Virus record (IMG/VR): IMGVR_UViG_3300009684_000026
Strand: one strand, 5' to 3'
Origin: an uncultured virus (IMG/VR IMGVR_UViG_3300009684_000026)
Taxonomy: Duplodnaviria; Heunggongvirae; Uroviricota; Caudoviricetes
Length of the DNA: 64,000 bases
The position numbers were made by a program, and so were the translations under genes. The notes below the pieces were generated by a model that worked only from the letters and a program-made list of their open reading frames with translations, searched no databases and was not told where the DNA came from. This document shows, one piece after another, positions 55,620-64,000 of this stretch (the first letter of the stretch is position 1; each line of letters starts with the position of its first letter).

Positions 55620-55802
55620 ATGACAGTTAAGTATGAATATAAGTCTATTTGTTGTGGTCATAGCTATATTGAACAGCGTGGAAAAAATGACCCGATCATT
55701 TTTTCTACTTGCAATGCTTGCGGTAATGATGGCTATGAATTGATAAAAGAAACAGTTTTGGCGCCAGATATTGAAGTAGTTCCTGCGACTGAAAGTGAAT
55801 AA
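55620..55802 (+). CDS. Small Cys-containing protein
   Basis: CCGHSYIEQR...CNACG; AGGA SD. Confidence 0.65.
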   Translation: MTVKYEYKSICCGHSYIEQRGKNDPIIFSTCNACGNDGYELIKETVLAPDIEVVPATESE

Positions 55803-55852
55803 AACGCCCCTTAATACTTTTTTCCCAGAAACGATAGGAGACAATACATCCT

Positions 55853-56386
55853 ATGCGTGGAAGTAAAGTCCAAGGACGATTCAAAATTGACTTTGAAAAT
55901 AAGTCAATGGAAGAAGGCGTGGTTGACGAACTAAGAGACCCAGTTGGTACAGAGGTTGATTGGTGGGTATTTGACCAAAACTATTTGGAGACCCACCCGA
56001 CCGACGTCTATGACGATACCTACGATACATCTAACCAAGAGGCTGGTAAAGGTCGTCGTTGGAATACCCCAATTAAATTGCCTGTAATTATGGCTCAACA
56101 ATTACGTGGTACAAATATTATGAATGAACGGGGTTTCTACGTTGTAGACACCCTACGTTTGGTAGTATCAGTTGCTGATGTTAACCGTGTTCTGCCCGTA
56201 ATGCTTACTGACCCTAATACGCACATTAAAGATCGTGCCGTATTTCAAGGCGAAGTTTTTGTTCCTACCCGCGTTTTACCACGAGGTCGGTACTCAAACT
56301 TCTACTCAGTGATTACTATTGACATGAACTTGGTTAACTCAGAAGAGCTTGTCAATGATACGCAATTCCAAACCTACGCTAACTAA
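55853..56386 (+). CDS. Head-closure/neck-like protein
   Basis: Position; ERGFY..DTLRL, DRAVF pattern. Confidence 0.55.
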   Translation: MRGSKVQGRFKIDFENKSMEEGVVDELRDPVGTEVDWWVFDQNYLETHPTDVYDDTYDTSNQEAGKGRRWNTPIKLPVIMAQQLRGTNIMNERGFYVVDTLRLVVSVADVNRVLPVMLTDPNTHIKDRAVFQGEVFVPTRVLPRGRYSNFYSVITIDMNLVNSEELVNDTQFQTYAN

Positions 56387-56398
56387 GAAAGGAAAAAC

Positions 56399-56635
56399 AT
56401 GTACGACGATACAACCGATGCACCAGTAACCGAGGCTCCAGAAGTTGAAGTAACCGAAGAGGTTACAACCGAAGACGTTGAAATTGATGCTGACGATCTA
56501 GACGAAGACTTTGATGACGAAGATGACGAAGACTTTGACTATGACGAAGATGAAGACGACGAAGAGCTAGACGTTGAAGAGCTAGATAACCCAGTTGACG
56601 TCAGTGATGAAGACGACGAGGAAGACTCTGAATAA
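56399..56635 (+). CDS. Hyperacidic 78-aa protein
   Basis: More than half D/E, no K or R; GAAAGGA SD. Confidence 0.7.
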   Translation: MYDDTTDAPVTEAPEVEVTEEVTTEDVEIDADDLDEDFDDEDDEDFDYDEDEDDEELDVEELDNPVDVSDEDDEEDSE

Positions 56636-56823
56636 TGGCTAAAAACCCACCAATGCCACAGAAGAAAGACAAAGTGGAGAAGGTGATGAAGGAGTTTAAG
56701 GCGAAGACTCTTAAGTCTGGTAAACCGGGCCCTGGTAAGGGCAAGGTAGTTACCAACCCTAAGCAGGCTGTAGCTATTGCACTTAACGAACAACGCAAGA
56801 AGGATGCTGGGAAAAAGAAGTAA
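56635..56823 (+). CDS. Small Lys-rich protein (DUF6496-like)
   Basis: KVEKVMKEFK..TLKSG...VTNPKQAVAIALNE. Confidence 0.7.
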   Translation: MAKNPPMPQKKDKVEKVMKEFKAKTLKSGKPGPGKGKVVTNPKQAVAIALNEQRKKDAGKKK

Positions 56824-56825
56824 TT

Positions 56826-57020
56826 ATGATTACTAAACTAGACCCAGCTCCTCTTGCTTACCCAAATGGAGGAGGTCTCAAAGCTATGGCAACAAAGCCA
56901 CGAGAGTCTCAAAGGTTAGAGGTTGAAGCTCTAGAAGCTAAACATAAAGCTGAAATTGCTAGACTAAAAGAAAAACACTCCAAAGAGAATAAGCCTGTAA
57001 CTTCAAAGGCGGTTAAATAA
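56826..57020 (+). CDS. Small basic protein
   Basis: 64-aa ORF, coupled. Confidence 0.65.
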   Translation: MITKLDPAPLAYPNGGGLKAMATKPRESQRLEVEALEAKHKAEIARLKEKHSKENKPVTSKAVK

Positions 57021-57211
57021 TGTCTAAAACATTTAAAGCCGACGGAGAAAAGCACACCGTAAAGAAAAATAAAAACGGCGATGTCATAGTAGACCACGCT
57101 GGCAATAAAGGCAAATGGGATAAAATAAATTTGACTAAAAAAGCTGGTGCTAAAAACATCCAGCAAGGAGTAAAAGCCGTCAAAAAATATCACAGAACGA
57201 CAGGAAAATAA
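57020..57211 (+). CDS. Small Lys-rich protein
   Basis: 63-aa ORF, TAATG coupling. Confidence 0.65.
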   Translation: MSKTFKADGEKHTVKKNKNGDVIVDHAGNKGKWDKINLTKKAGAKNIQQGVKAVKKYHRTTGK

Positions 57212-57213
57212 TT

Positions 57214-57372
57214 ATGCCGAAAAAAGTGTGGAATACACCAGACCCATCTAAAAAAGACAAAAAGATGTCACCAGATAAAGTAGCTGAAGCTAAAGCAAGA
57301 GCTAAAGCTGCTGGTCGTCCTTACCCTAACCTAATTGATAATATGGCTGTTTCAAAGAAAAAAGGTAAGTAA
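57214..57372 (+). CDS. Small Lys-rich protein (52 aa)
   Basis: AKARAKAAGRPYPNLIDNM. Confidence 0.65.
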   Translation: MPKKVWNTPDPSKKDKKMSPDKVAEAKARAKAAGRPYPNLIDNMAVSKKKGK

Positions 57373-57373
57373 T

Positions 57374-57679
57374 ATGGCATCTGAAGCGTGGCAAAATAAA
57401 GCTGGTAAGAATAAAAAAGGTGGACTCAATGAAACAGGGCGTAAGTCCTATGAGAAAGCTAATCCTGGCTCTAATTTAAAGGCGCCAGTAAAAAATGGTG
57501 ATAACCCTCGTCGCGCTTCTTTCTTAGCTCGTATGGGTGGAATGCCAGGACCGGAACGTAAACCCAACGGAGAGCCAACACGTTTGCTATTATCACTACA
57601 AGCATGGGGTGCTTCCTCAAAAGCAGACGCTAAAAAGAAAGCTGCTGCAATATCTAAGAGAAATCAAGGTAAAAAATAA
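57374..57679 (+). CDS. Small basic protein (DUF6321-like)
   Basis: GKNKKGGLNETGRKSY...NLKAPV...RRASFLARM. Confidence 0.7.
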   Translation: MASEAWQNKAGKNKKGGLNETGRKSYEKANPGSNLKAPVKNGDNPRRASFLARMGGMPGPERKPNGEPTRLLLSLQAWGASSKADAKKKAAAISKRNQGKK

Positions 57680-58096
57680 ATGGCAACCTACCGCAAAGGT
57701 ATAGATGACGAAACACCGCTTAAAAAGAAAGCTGAAGCTCAAGCTGCAGCTAGAGATGCTGCATCTGCAAAGCAGTTAAAAAAACGCGGATTAACTAAGG
57801 GAGATAGTAAAGGCCCTGGCTCTGTAGCCAACCACAATGCTAGAAAATTAGGTAGAACAAAAGTCTCTAAAGATGGAAAATATCTAGAAGTACCTAGACC
57901 AACTGGTGGAGTACGACGGGTACAAAGACCTATTAGTGGTTCTACTGTATCTAAAATTAAATTTATTCAAGCAGAAGACAAAAAGAACTTTGATAACACA
58001 ACTAAGAATTACGGTAGCGGTGTTATTAAGGGTGGAAAACTTGTTAAAGGTAGTCCAGCTATGAAAGCAGATTTAGAAAAAAAGTCAAAAAAATAA
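57680..58096 (+). CDS. Lys/Arg-rich protein
   Basis: 138-aa ORF. Confidence 0.7.
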   Translation: MATYRKGIDDETPLKKKAEAQAAARDAASAKQLKKRGLTKGDSKGPGSVANHNARKLGRTKVSKDGKYLEVPRPTGGVRRVQRPISGSTVSKIKFIQAEDKKNFDNTTKNYGSGVIKGGKLVKGSPAMKADLEKKSKK

Positions 58097-58123
58097 ACAA
58101 CTAAAAAGAAAGTAGGAACAAAA

Positions 58124-58225
58124 ATGTGCGCTAAATGCGGATGTGGATGTAAAGCTGGTAAGCCAGCCAAAGGGTGTAAGTGCACATGTGCTACTTGCAA
58201 AGCTGCTAAAAAGAAAGTCAAATAA
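58124..58225 (+). CDS. 33-aa metallothionein-like peptide
   Basis: MCAKCGCGCKAGKPAKGCKCTCATCKAAKKKVK (8 Cys); AGGA SD; TAATG coupling. Confidence 0.65.
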   Translation: MCAKCGCGCKAGKPAKGCKCTCATCKAAKKKVK

Positions 58226-58515
58226 TGGCTAAAGCATTATCTCCTAAGCAAAAGAAGATTGCTGCTATGGGTGGAAATCCCAACAAGATTGATGCTGAAG
58301 ACTTTAAAGCTTTGCGTAAAGGTAAAGGTTCTTCTAAGAGCTCTGATGAAGCACAAGACGCTAAAGTCATGAAGAACATGACTCCAGCTCAAATGCTAGA
58401 GTTTAAGAGGAAAGATAAGAAAATGGATAAGAAAAAACCATCTAGAGCAGAAGACAAGAAGATGGACAAAGACCTTGCAAACAGTATCAAGGCAAAGGGC
58501 AAGAAAAAGAAGTAA
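58225..58515 (+). CDS. Lys-rich protein
   Basis: LSPKQKKIA...KIDAEDFKALRK. Confidence 0.7.
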   Translation: MAKALSPKQKKIAAMGGNPNKIDAEDFKALRKGKGSSKSSDEAQDAKVMKNMTPAQMLEFKRKDKKMDKKKPSRAEDKKMDKDLANSIKAKGKKKK

Positions 58516-58520
58516 AAGTT

Positions 58521-58548
58521 AAGGCCACCGAGAGGTGGCTTTTTCTTT
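58521..58548 (+). terminator. Intrinsic terminator
   Basis: GCCACC-GAGA-GGTGGC followed by TTTTTCTTT. Confidence 0.85.
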
Positions 58549-58657
58549 ATCATTACGGTATCGGGAGTTCGTGCGAACCCTGTGTAGTCCCAACTACTTG
58601 CGCTCGTTAAGGGGATTTATTCATGCTGTCTTTTCCTACCCAGATGGTGGTTAGACT

Positions 58658-58975
58658 ATGAAAGAAATCCAAGCCTTTCACAGCGCGTTACACCAAGCCA
58701 GCCACGAAACCGCTAAAGTCATGACATCTCACCTTCGTGCAGAGACTCATGCAAGTGGGTGGCCTACCCACGTTACAAACAGCACTAAAGTTGTTTTTGG
58801 GGAAAATGGCTTTGAAGCCCATGTTCATGACGCCCATAAAGATGAAGCACATAAGCTTGAATACGGTAGCCCAGGTAACCAGCCTACCGCTGCAGTTCGC
58901 CGTTTAGGTAACCGCACCCACGAAGCAGAGTCGTTCTTAGTTGGACGTATGTCCAAGATTTTGGGTGATCTATGA
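58658..58975 (+). CDS. Neck/tail completion-like protein
   Basis: LEYGS motif; lies before the tail genes. Confidence 0.55.
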   Translation: MKEIQAFHSALHQASHETAKVMTSHLRAETHASGWPTHVTNSTKVVFGENGFEAHVHDAHKDEAHKLEYGSPGNQPTAAVRRLGNRTHEAESFLVGRMSKILGDL

Positions 58976-59685
58976 GCTTTCTGTTAGAAGAAGATAAAGC
59001 CATTCGTGATCTCCTTAAAGGAATGGTAGTTACTGACCAGAAGTCTGTTACAGAAGCTGGCCCACAACGCAATGTGGATGTGTGGTTTGGTCAACCTGAC
59101 CAAGAAATACGTGCTCAGTCTTACCCCTACATTACCATTGATATGATTGATGTGTCAGAAGATTTTCAACGTTCAATGCGTGGATTGGTAAAACCCCCAT
59201 ACCTTCAAGACCCAACTAATATGGTTGACGGAGTGCAGGCAACGCAAAGTGTTCAAGGAGTAGACGAAGTTCCATATGATGGAACAGTACACAATTGGTA
59301 TATACACTACCCAATTCCAGTAAACATTGATTATCAAATAACTACATACTCTCGCCAACCACGTCATGACCGTGAAATTTTGGCGCAAATTATGTACACC
59401 AAAATTCCATTACGTTTTGCCGTTTTGGAAGTAGGCAACAATGATGCCCAAGGCACATTACGCCGTTTAGATGTGCTGGACATCTCAAAACGAGATGTTA
59501 CAGAACAAGGAAAGCGTTTATTCGTAAATGCTTTCACGGTGCGTGTCTCTAGTGAGATAGCACCAGAAACCTACACACAAGTCTACAAGGCGCTGCAAGT
59601 CTACGCTACCGGTCCAACGGACTCTGGAAGCCAAGTTATTGGCAGGGGTACGTTTACACCAATTTCGTTTACCATATCATCATAA
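58972..59685 (+). CDS. Tail terminator/completion-like protein
   Basis: YPYITID, PVNIDYQI; directly before the sheath gene. Confidence 0.6.
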   Translation: MSFLLEEDKAIRDLLKGMVVTDQKSVTEAGPQRNVDVWFGQPDQEIRAQSYPYITIDMIDVSEDFQRSMRGLVKPPYLQDPTNMVDGVQATQSVQGVDEVPYDGTVHNWYIHYPIPVNIDYQITTYSRQPRHDREILAQIMYTKIPLRFAVLEVGNNDAQGTLRRLDVLDISKRDVTEQGKRLFVNAFTVRVSSEIAPETYTQVYKALQVYATGPTDSGSQVIGRGTFTPISFTISS

Positions 59686-59718
59686 CTCGGAGCCTACCTA
59701 CAAACTAAGGAGAAACCA

Positions 59719-61248
59719 ATGGCTTATAGCCGTCCAGGTGTTTACATCAGTGAGCGCCTTTTACCATCAGCCATTCCTAATGGAGTGTCTACAAACGCAG
59801 CAGGTGCAATCGCCGCTGCTCTACCTCAAGGCCCAGAAACCGTGACCCGTGTCGGTACATGGTTAGAGTTCACCAATTACTTTGGTGGATACAATGCTGC
59901 ATACCCAGCTACATTTGGCATCGCGTCTTTCTTCTCTAATGGTGGACGTGAACTTTATGTAAAGCGCGTTTTGCATGGTGGAGATGTAACCGATTCCAAC
60001 AATGCTAAAGCAGCTCACGTTAACATCGTAACTGCAGGAAGCGCTACGGTTGCTACCGTAACCTGCAAAAACGCAGGATCAGACGGCAATAACCTTCGTG
60101 CTGTTCTATCTGCAGGTTCCATTGCTAGTACTTATACCCTAACACTTTACCGTGAAGCAGGAATCTCTGGAAACATTTCCGATGACATTCTTCTAGAACG
60201 TTATCAGAACATTGTGTTTGACGATTCTACATCTAGCGATTTTGCTGAGACTGTAATCAATACAGTATCTCCAAACATCTCCATCAGCGCTAGTGCATCC
60301 GGAACTCCAGTAGCCGCTACATATACCCTTTCTTCAGGAAGCAACGGGTCAACCGTAGTAGCTGCAGACTATACTAACTACAAAGGAACAAGCGATTCGG
60401 TGTTTTCGGAATTTTCTTCCCTAAACCGTGCGTTGGTAGTTTTCTTGCCAAACATTCACACAGCGCTAAATAATACTAGCGTATCGTCTGTATATGATGC
60501 TGCATCGTCATGGGCATCAACTAACGATTCGTTTGTTGTGGCTGAAACAGCTCCAGGAAAAACAGTAACTGAAGCCCTAACGTTTGCAACGGGGTTGCAA
60601 GACTCAGCTGACATTGCTGTTTACTATCCGCATTTTTGGACAGCCGATCCACTTGGTCGTGGTTCTGGCGCGATTAGAAAAGTTGGACCTTCAGGTGCAG
60701 TTGCTGGATTGTACCTATCTGTAGATGCTAACCGTGGAGTGTTCAAAGCACCCGCAGGTATCACTACCGCTATTCAAGGTGTTGCAGCTGTAGAACAAAA
60801 CTTCTCATCAGCAGATTTGGATTCTATGAATGCAGCAACTGCTCCGGTAAACCCACTTCGTCAAATTCCTGGCGTAGGGTTAGCTGTTATGGGAGCTCGC
60901 ACACTAATGCAAGATGGCACAGCAAATAAGTACGTCAACATGCGTCGTTCCCTTAACTACATCCGTAAGAACCTACAAGAGCTTACAGAATTTGCGATAT
61001 TTGAAAACAACGATGAAATTTTGTGGGCACAAATTCGTTCTCGCATCAATGTATTCTTAAACCAGTATCGTAACCAAGGTGGACTTCGCGGTGGATCACC
61101 ATCTGATTCTTACTTTATTTTGTGCAATGCTCAAAATAATACTGCTCAATCAATTCAAAACGGTGAAATTCATATTCAAATCGGTGTAGCTTTACAATAC
61201 CCTGCAGAGTTTGTCGTTATTGACCTTACTCAAAAGACCCTGGTCTAG
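59719..61248 (+). CDS. Tail sheath protein
   Basis: RPGVYISE, FFSNGG, RGVFKAPAG, MGARTL, YVNMRR, PAEFVVI. Confidence 0.95.
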   Translation: MAYSRPGVYISERLLPSAIPNGVSTNAAGAIAAALPQGPETVTRVGTWLEFTNYFGGYNAAYPATFGIASFFSNGGRELYVKRVLHGGDVTDSNNAKAAHVNIVTAGSATVATVTCKNAGSDGNNLRAVLSAGSIASTYTLTLYREAGISGNISDDILLERYQNIVFDDSTSSDFAETVINTVSPNISISASASGTPVAATYTLSSGSNGSTVVAADYTNYKGTSDSVFSEFSSLNRALVVFLPNIHTALNNTSVSSVYDAASSWASTNDSFVVAETAPGKTVTEALTFATGLQDSADIAVYYPHFWTADPLGRGSGAIRKVGPSGAVAGLYLSVDANRGVFKAPAGITTAIQGVAAVEQNFSSADLDSMNAATAPVNPLRQIPGVGLAVMGARTLMQDGTANKYVNMRRSLNYIRKNLQELTEFAIFENNDEILWAQIRSRINVFLNQYRNQGGLRGGSPSDSYFILCNAQNNTAQSIQNGEIHIQIGVALQYPAEFVVIDLTQKTLV

Positions 61249-61270
61249 GACCGAAGGAGAAAAATAGAAA

Positions 61271-61942
61271 ATGGCAACAATAGTTAACAATCGGTCAACA
61301 CTTGAGACCGATCCAATACGTAACTTTAGGTTCTTGGTAAATTTTATAACCCATGATCCTTCAACTAACAAAGACCTAACTTCTGGTTCAGTTGGGTTTA
61401 CATCTGTATCCGGTTTAGCCGTTACTACTGACAGCATCCCATACCGTGAGGGTGGCTACAACACAACTGTTCACCAAATTCCAGGTCAAACATCTTTTAC
61501 ACCGATCACGTTTCAACGTGGTGTTGTACTTGGAACAAAACAAAACTGGGAATGGATGCGTCAATTGTTTGCAACTGTTCAAGCTAATGGTACAAACCGT
61601 ACTTTATCCCAGAACTTTCGTTGTGATTTAGAAATTCAAGTTCTATCTCATCCGATTCCAAATACTACTAACAATATAATTGCTGATGTCTCAAAAGATC
61701 ATGTAGCAATGCGATTTAAAGTCTACAATGCATGGCCTACAACTGTTGCATATTCAGACCTTAATGCTGGTGACAATGCTTTATTTGTTGAGCAGATGAC
61801 CCTTGTACATGAAGGTTTTGATTTAAACTGGGGAACAAAAATAGATGACACTGGTACTGCACCTTCTTTTGATGAACCTGTAAATACACCTACAACCGCA
61901 ACTCCTCAAACAGGCGGGCGCTTCGCACTACGAGAAGAATAA
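61271..61942 (+). CDS. Tail tube protein (T4 gp19-like)
   Basis: DPIRNFRF, YREGG, ITFQRG, NAWP, LVHEG. Confidence 0.9.
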   Translation: MATIVNNRSTLETDPIRNFRFLVNFITHDPSTNKDLTSGSVGFTSVSGLAVTTDSIPYREGGYNTTVHQIPGQTSFTPITFQRGVVLGTKQNWEWMRQLFATVQANGTNRTLSQNFRCDLEIQVLSHPIPNTTNNIIADVSKDHVAMRFKVYNAWPTTVAYSDLNAGDNALFVEQMTLVHEGFDLNWGTKIDDTGTAPSFDEPVNTPTTATPQTGGRFALREE

Positions 61943-61968
61943 CAAACTAAAACTAACAAAGGAATAAA

Positions 61969-62778
61969 ATGACGAATACAATCAGTGCAGCGGCTAATCC
62001 CGCATTGGCAAACAACCTCATTGCTCAAGCAACGGCTGAAAGGCCAGAAGCAAAAACAGCAACCATATTAAATCCAACAGAAAATATCGTGACTCTCCCT
62101 GGCGGGTATCTAACACTTGCTGGGGAGCTAGTTACAGAAGCAGAAGTCAAGGAATTGACAGGAAAAGATGAGGAAGCAATTGCTCGTGCTAATACCACAG
62201 GTAAAGCTTTGCTGACAATTCTGCAACGTGGAACAGTACGAATAGGCGAAGAAAAAACAACTGAATCTCTCTTAGATAGATTATTGTCTGGAGATAGGGA
62301 CACACTTCTTTTGGGCATTCTTAAAGCTACATTTGGAAACGATTGTAATGTGCCGTCTTATTGTTCATCGTGCGATGAGTACAAAACGGTTACAGTAGAT
62401 TTGACTGAAGATATCAAAATAGGAACTATGGAAGACCCAATAAATGACCGAGTCTTTACTGTAGAAGGAAAGAAAAATATTTTTACTGTACAACTTCCTA
62501 CAGGAATTACTCAAAAAGAACTTTTGTTAAACGCCGATAAAACGGTTCCAGAATTAAATACGATTCTATTAGAAAACACCGTTGTTAAAATCAATAACAA
62601 TCCAGTACTCAGCAAAAACCAAGTTCAAAACATGGGGATGGTTGATAGAAAAAAAGTTATTGAAGAGATTAACAACCGGGTAGTTGGACCAAAGTTTGAA
62701 GACTTAACAGTTACTTGTCCTGACTGTGAAAGCGAGGTAACTGTCCCAATTAACTTGGGTACATTGTTTCGGTTCTAA
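61969..62778 (+). CDS. Tail assembly chaperone / baseplate hub assembly protein
   Basis: ELTGKDEE, GDRD.LL, two CxxC; lies between tube and tape measure. Confidence 0.75.
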   Translation: MTNTISAAANPALANNLIAQATAERPEAKTATILNPTENIVTLPGGYLTLAGELVTEAEVKELTGKDEEAIARANTTGKALLTILQRGTVRIGEEKTTESLLDRLLSGDRDTLLLGILKATFGNDCNVPSYCSSCDEYKTVTVDLTEDIKIGTMEDPINDRVFTVEGKKNIFTVQLPTGITQKELLLNADKTVPELNTILLENTVVKINNNPVLSKNQVQNMGMVDRKKVIEEINNRVVGPKFEDLTVTCPDCESEVTVPINLGTLFRF

Positions 62779-62923
62779 TTTAAAAGAATATGCAGATGTA
62801 CTCGTTGAATGGATGCAGTTATCTGAAGAGTATATAGGTTGGACTCTTACTGAGATACAGAACTTATCTTGGCGAGAACGAAAAAACTGGTTTGAACTTA
62901 TGAAGTTAAAACGAAAGGAATAG
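62741..62923 (+). CDS. +1-frame extension of the chaperone (probable frameshift product)
   Basis: Open +1 frame with GWTLTEIQNLSWRERKNW; TTT CGG just before the zero-frame stop. Confidence 0.6.
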   Translation: MSQLTWVHCFGSNLKEYADVLVEWMQLSEEYIGWTLTEIQNLSWRERKNWFELMKLKRKE

Positions 62924-62924
62924 C

Positions 62925-64000
62925 ATGAGCGTTATTGGCAATATAAAGGCCATGTCCTCTGGCGTTTCTGGGTTAACCAAAGAAGTCACCGCGTTAAATG
63001 CTGCTGTTAAAACTCTTCAGTCCACCTCTTCTACAGCCTTTAAATCTGTTAATGGGCTTTTAAATGGCGGAGGTCAAAGAAATTTAGGTAGGGGAGTTGG
63101 TGCCCCTACCATCATGTCTAACTCTCTGTCTTCATTTTCTACGCCAACGTATGCTCCGGGTAGCATGGCTTCTAAAATGTCAGGCGTAATTACTAGCGCA
63201 ACAAACCGAGTTGCGTCAAAAATGGGTTTTGAAACATCTGCCGAACACTTAACGGATGCCTCTGCAGGTGGAGGAGGAGGAGGTGGAGGTTCTTCTACAG
63301 GCGGTATTTTAAAGATGATAGGAGGTGCTTTTAACATGGTTACCGCTCCTATACAAGGAGCGTACGCAGCGGCTATGCCTACCGAAGGTATTCTAAACCG
63401 TGCGGGTAGTTATTACCAAGCAACGTTACGAGCAGGTATCGGTACTTCTCGTGCAGGTGTTGAAGCGGCTACATTTAAAGCCTTAACTACAAATGGTAGT
63501 GGAATAACTGGCATTGGTTCAGATGCACAAGTTGCAAATATATTAGCTGGTGCTGGATTTACCGCCGGTCCTAATAACAAAAATTATTTGTCAGCCGTAG
63601 CGCAAGTTGGTGGAGCTGCTAGGTACCTTGCTATGGACAATAGTGCTGCCGCTGCTGCGATTGCAGGTTTGCAGTCTGGAAAAACCGCAGCAAATATGTA
63701 CCAATATGGCATCACTACCATGAATAAAGATGGAACCATGAAAAGCGAAGGCGAAATTGCCAAGCAAATAATGAAAACATTTGCGCCCACAGATGCAAAA
63801 GGAAACAGTTTAATAAACGGCAAAAAAATTACTGCCGAATCAATTAACATGTCTTACTTAAAAGGTAATTTAGGACCAATTTTGGAAGGTCTAGGGTTGT
63901 CTCCTGATCAACAACAGATGATTGTTCAGTCTATGCAAGACATTAGCCAAGGAAAAAATCCTGATCTTTCAACCAAAACCACAAAAAGCGGTGGTAAAGG
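62925..64000 (+). CDS. Tape measure protein, 5' part (truncated by the window end)
   Basis: GAAAGGA SD; Ala/Gly-rich frame that appears open to the window end; follows the chaperone. Confidence 0.75.
   Translation, partial: MSVIGNIKAMSSGVSGLTKEVTALNAAVKTLQSTSSTAFKSVNGLLNGGGQRNLGRGVGAPTIMSNSLSSFSTPTYAPGSMASKMSGVITSATNRVASKMGFETSAEHLTDASAGGGGGGGGSSTGGILKMIGGAFNMVTAPIQGAYAAAMPTEGILNRAGSYYQATLRAGIGTSRAGVEAATFKALTTNGSGITGIGSDAQVANILAGAGFTAGPNNKNYLSAVAQVGGAARYLAMDNSAAAAAIAGLQSGKTAANMYQYGITTMNKDGTMKSEGEIAKQIMKTFAPTDAKGNSLINGKKITAESINMSYLKGNLGPILEGLGLSPDQQQMIVQSMQDISQGKNPDLSTKTTKSGGK

Noticed and set aside
1..64000. tRNA/rRNA genes, reverse transcriptase/DGR, alternative genetic code
   Set aside because: No cloverleaf or RT motifs were seen by eye, and long genes are intact under the standard code. 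tRNAscan-SE/Infernal would be needed to exclude RNA genes formally.

Overview
The window is 64 kb of a large contractile-tailed phage (myovirus) genome. WhiB, a class II ribonucleotide reductase, many apparently leaderless TANNNT promoters and low GC suggest a low-GC actinobacterial host, possibly freshwater (inference). Layout: (i) 1-9.9 kb, plus strand: hypothetical and possible host-interaction genes, a nucleotidyltransferase/HAD/TGT-like operon and nrdJ. (ii) 9.9-20.8 kb, minus strand: an early-type operon (MoxR AAA+/VWA pair, many small genes), then a tyrosine recombinase and a lysozyme-like gene. (iii) 20.85-21.65 kb: a non-coding divergence region with tandem repeats, hairpins and promoters. 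(iv) 21.7-24.5 kb: unrelated small proteins (ART-like, ParB-like, GNAT) that share an N-terminal 'D/E-N/H-L-S/G-x(1-2)-Q-F' peptide. This is the best candidate for an undescribed tag-based cargo or targeting system. (v) 24.6-34 kb: WhiB, HNH genes, CHAP endolysin, HslV-like peptidase and holin-like genes. (vi) 34-64 kb: the virion module (terminase, portal, scaffold, major capsid, collagen-like fibres next to glycan-enzyme-like genes, a cluster of small basic proteins, sheath, tube, a chaperone with a probable +1 frameshift, and the start of the tape measure). No tRNA, rRNA or CRISPR array was seen. All calls come from reading motifs by eye; no database searches were run.
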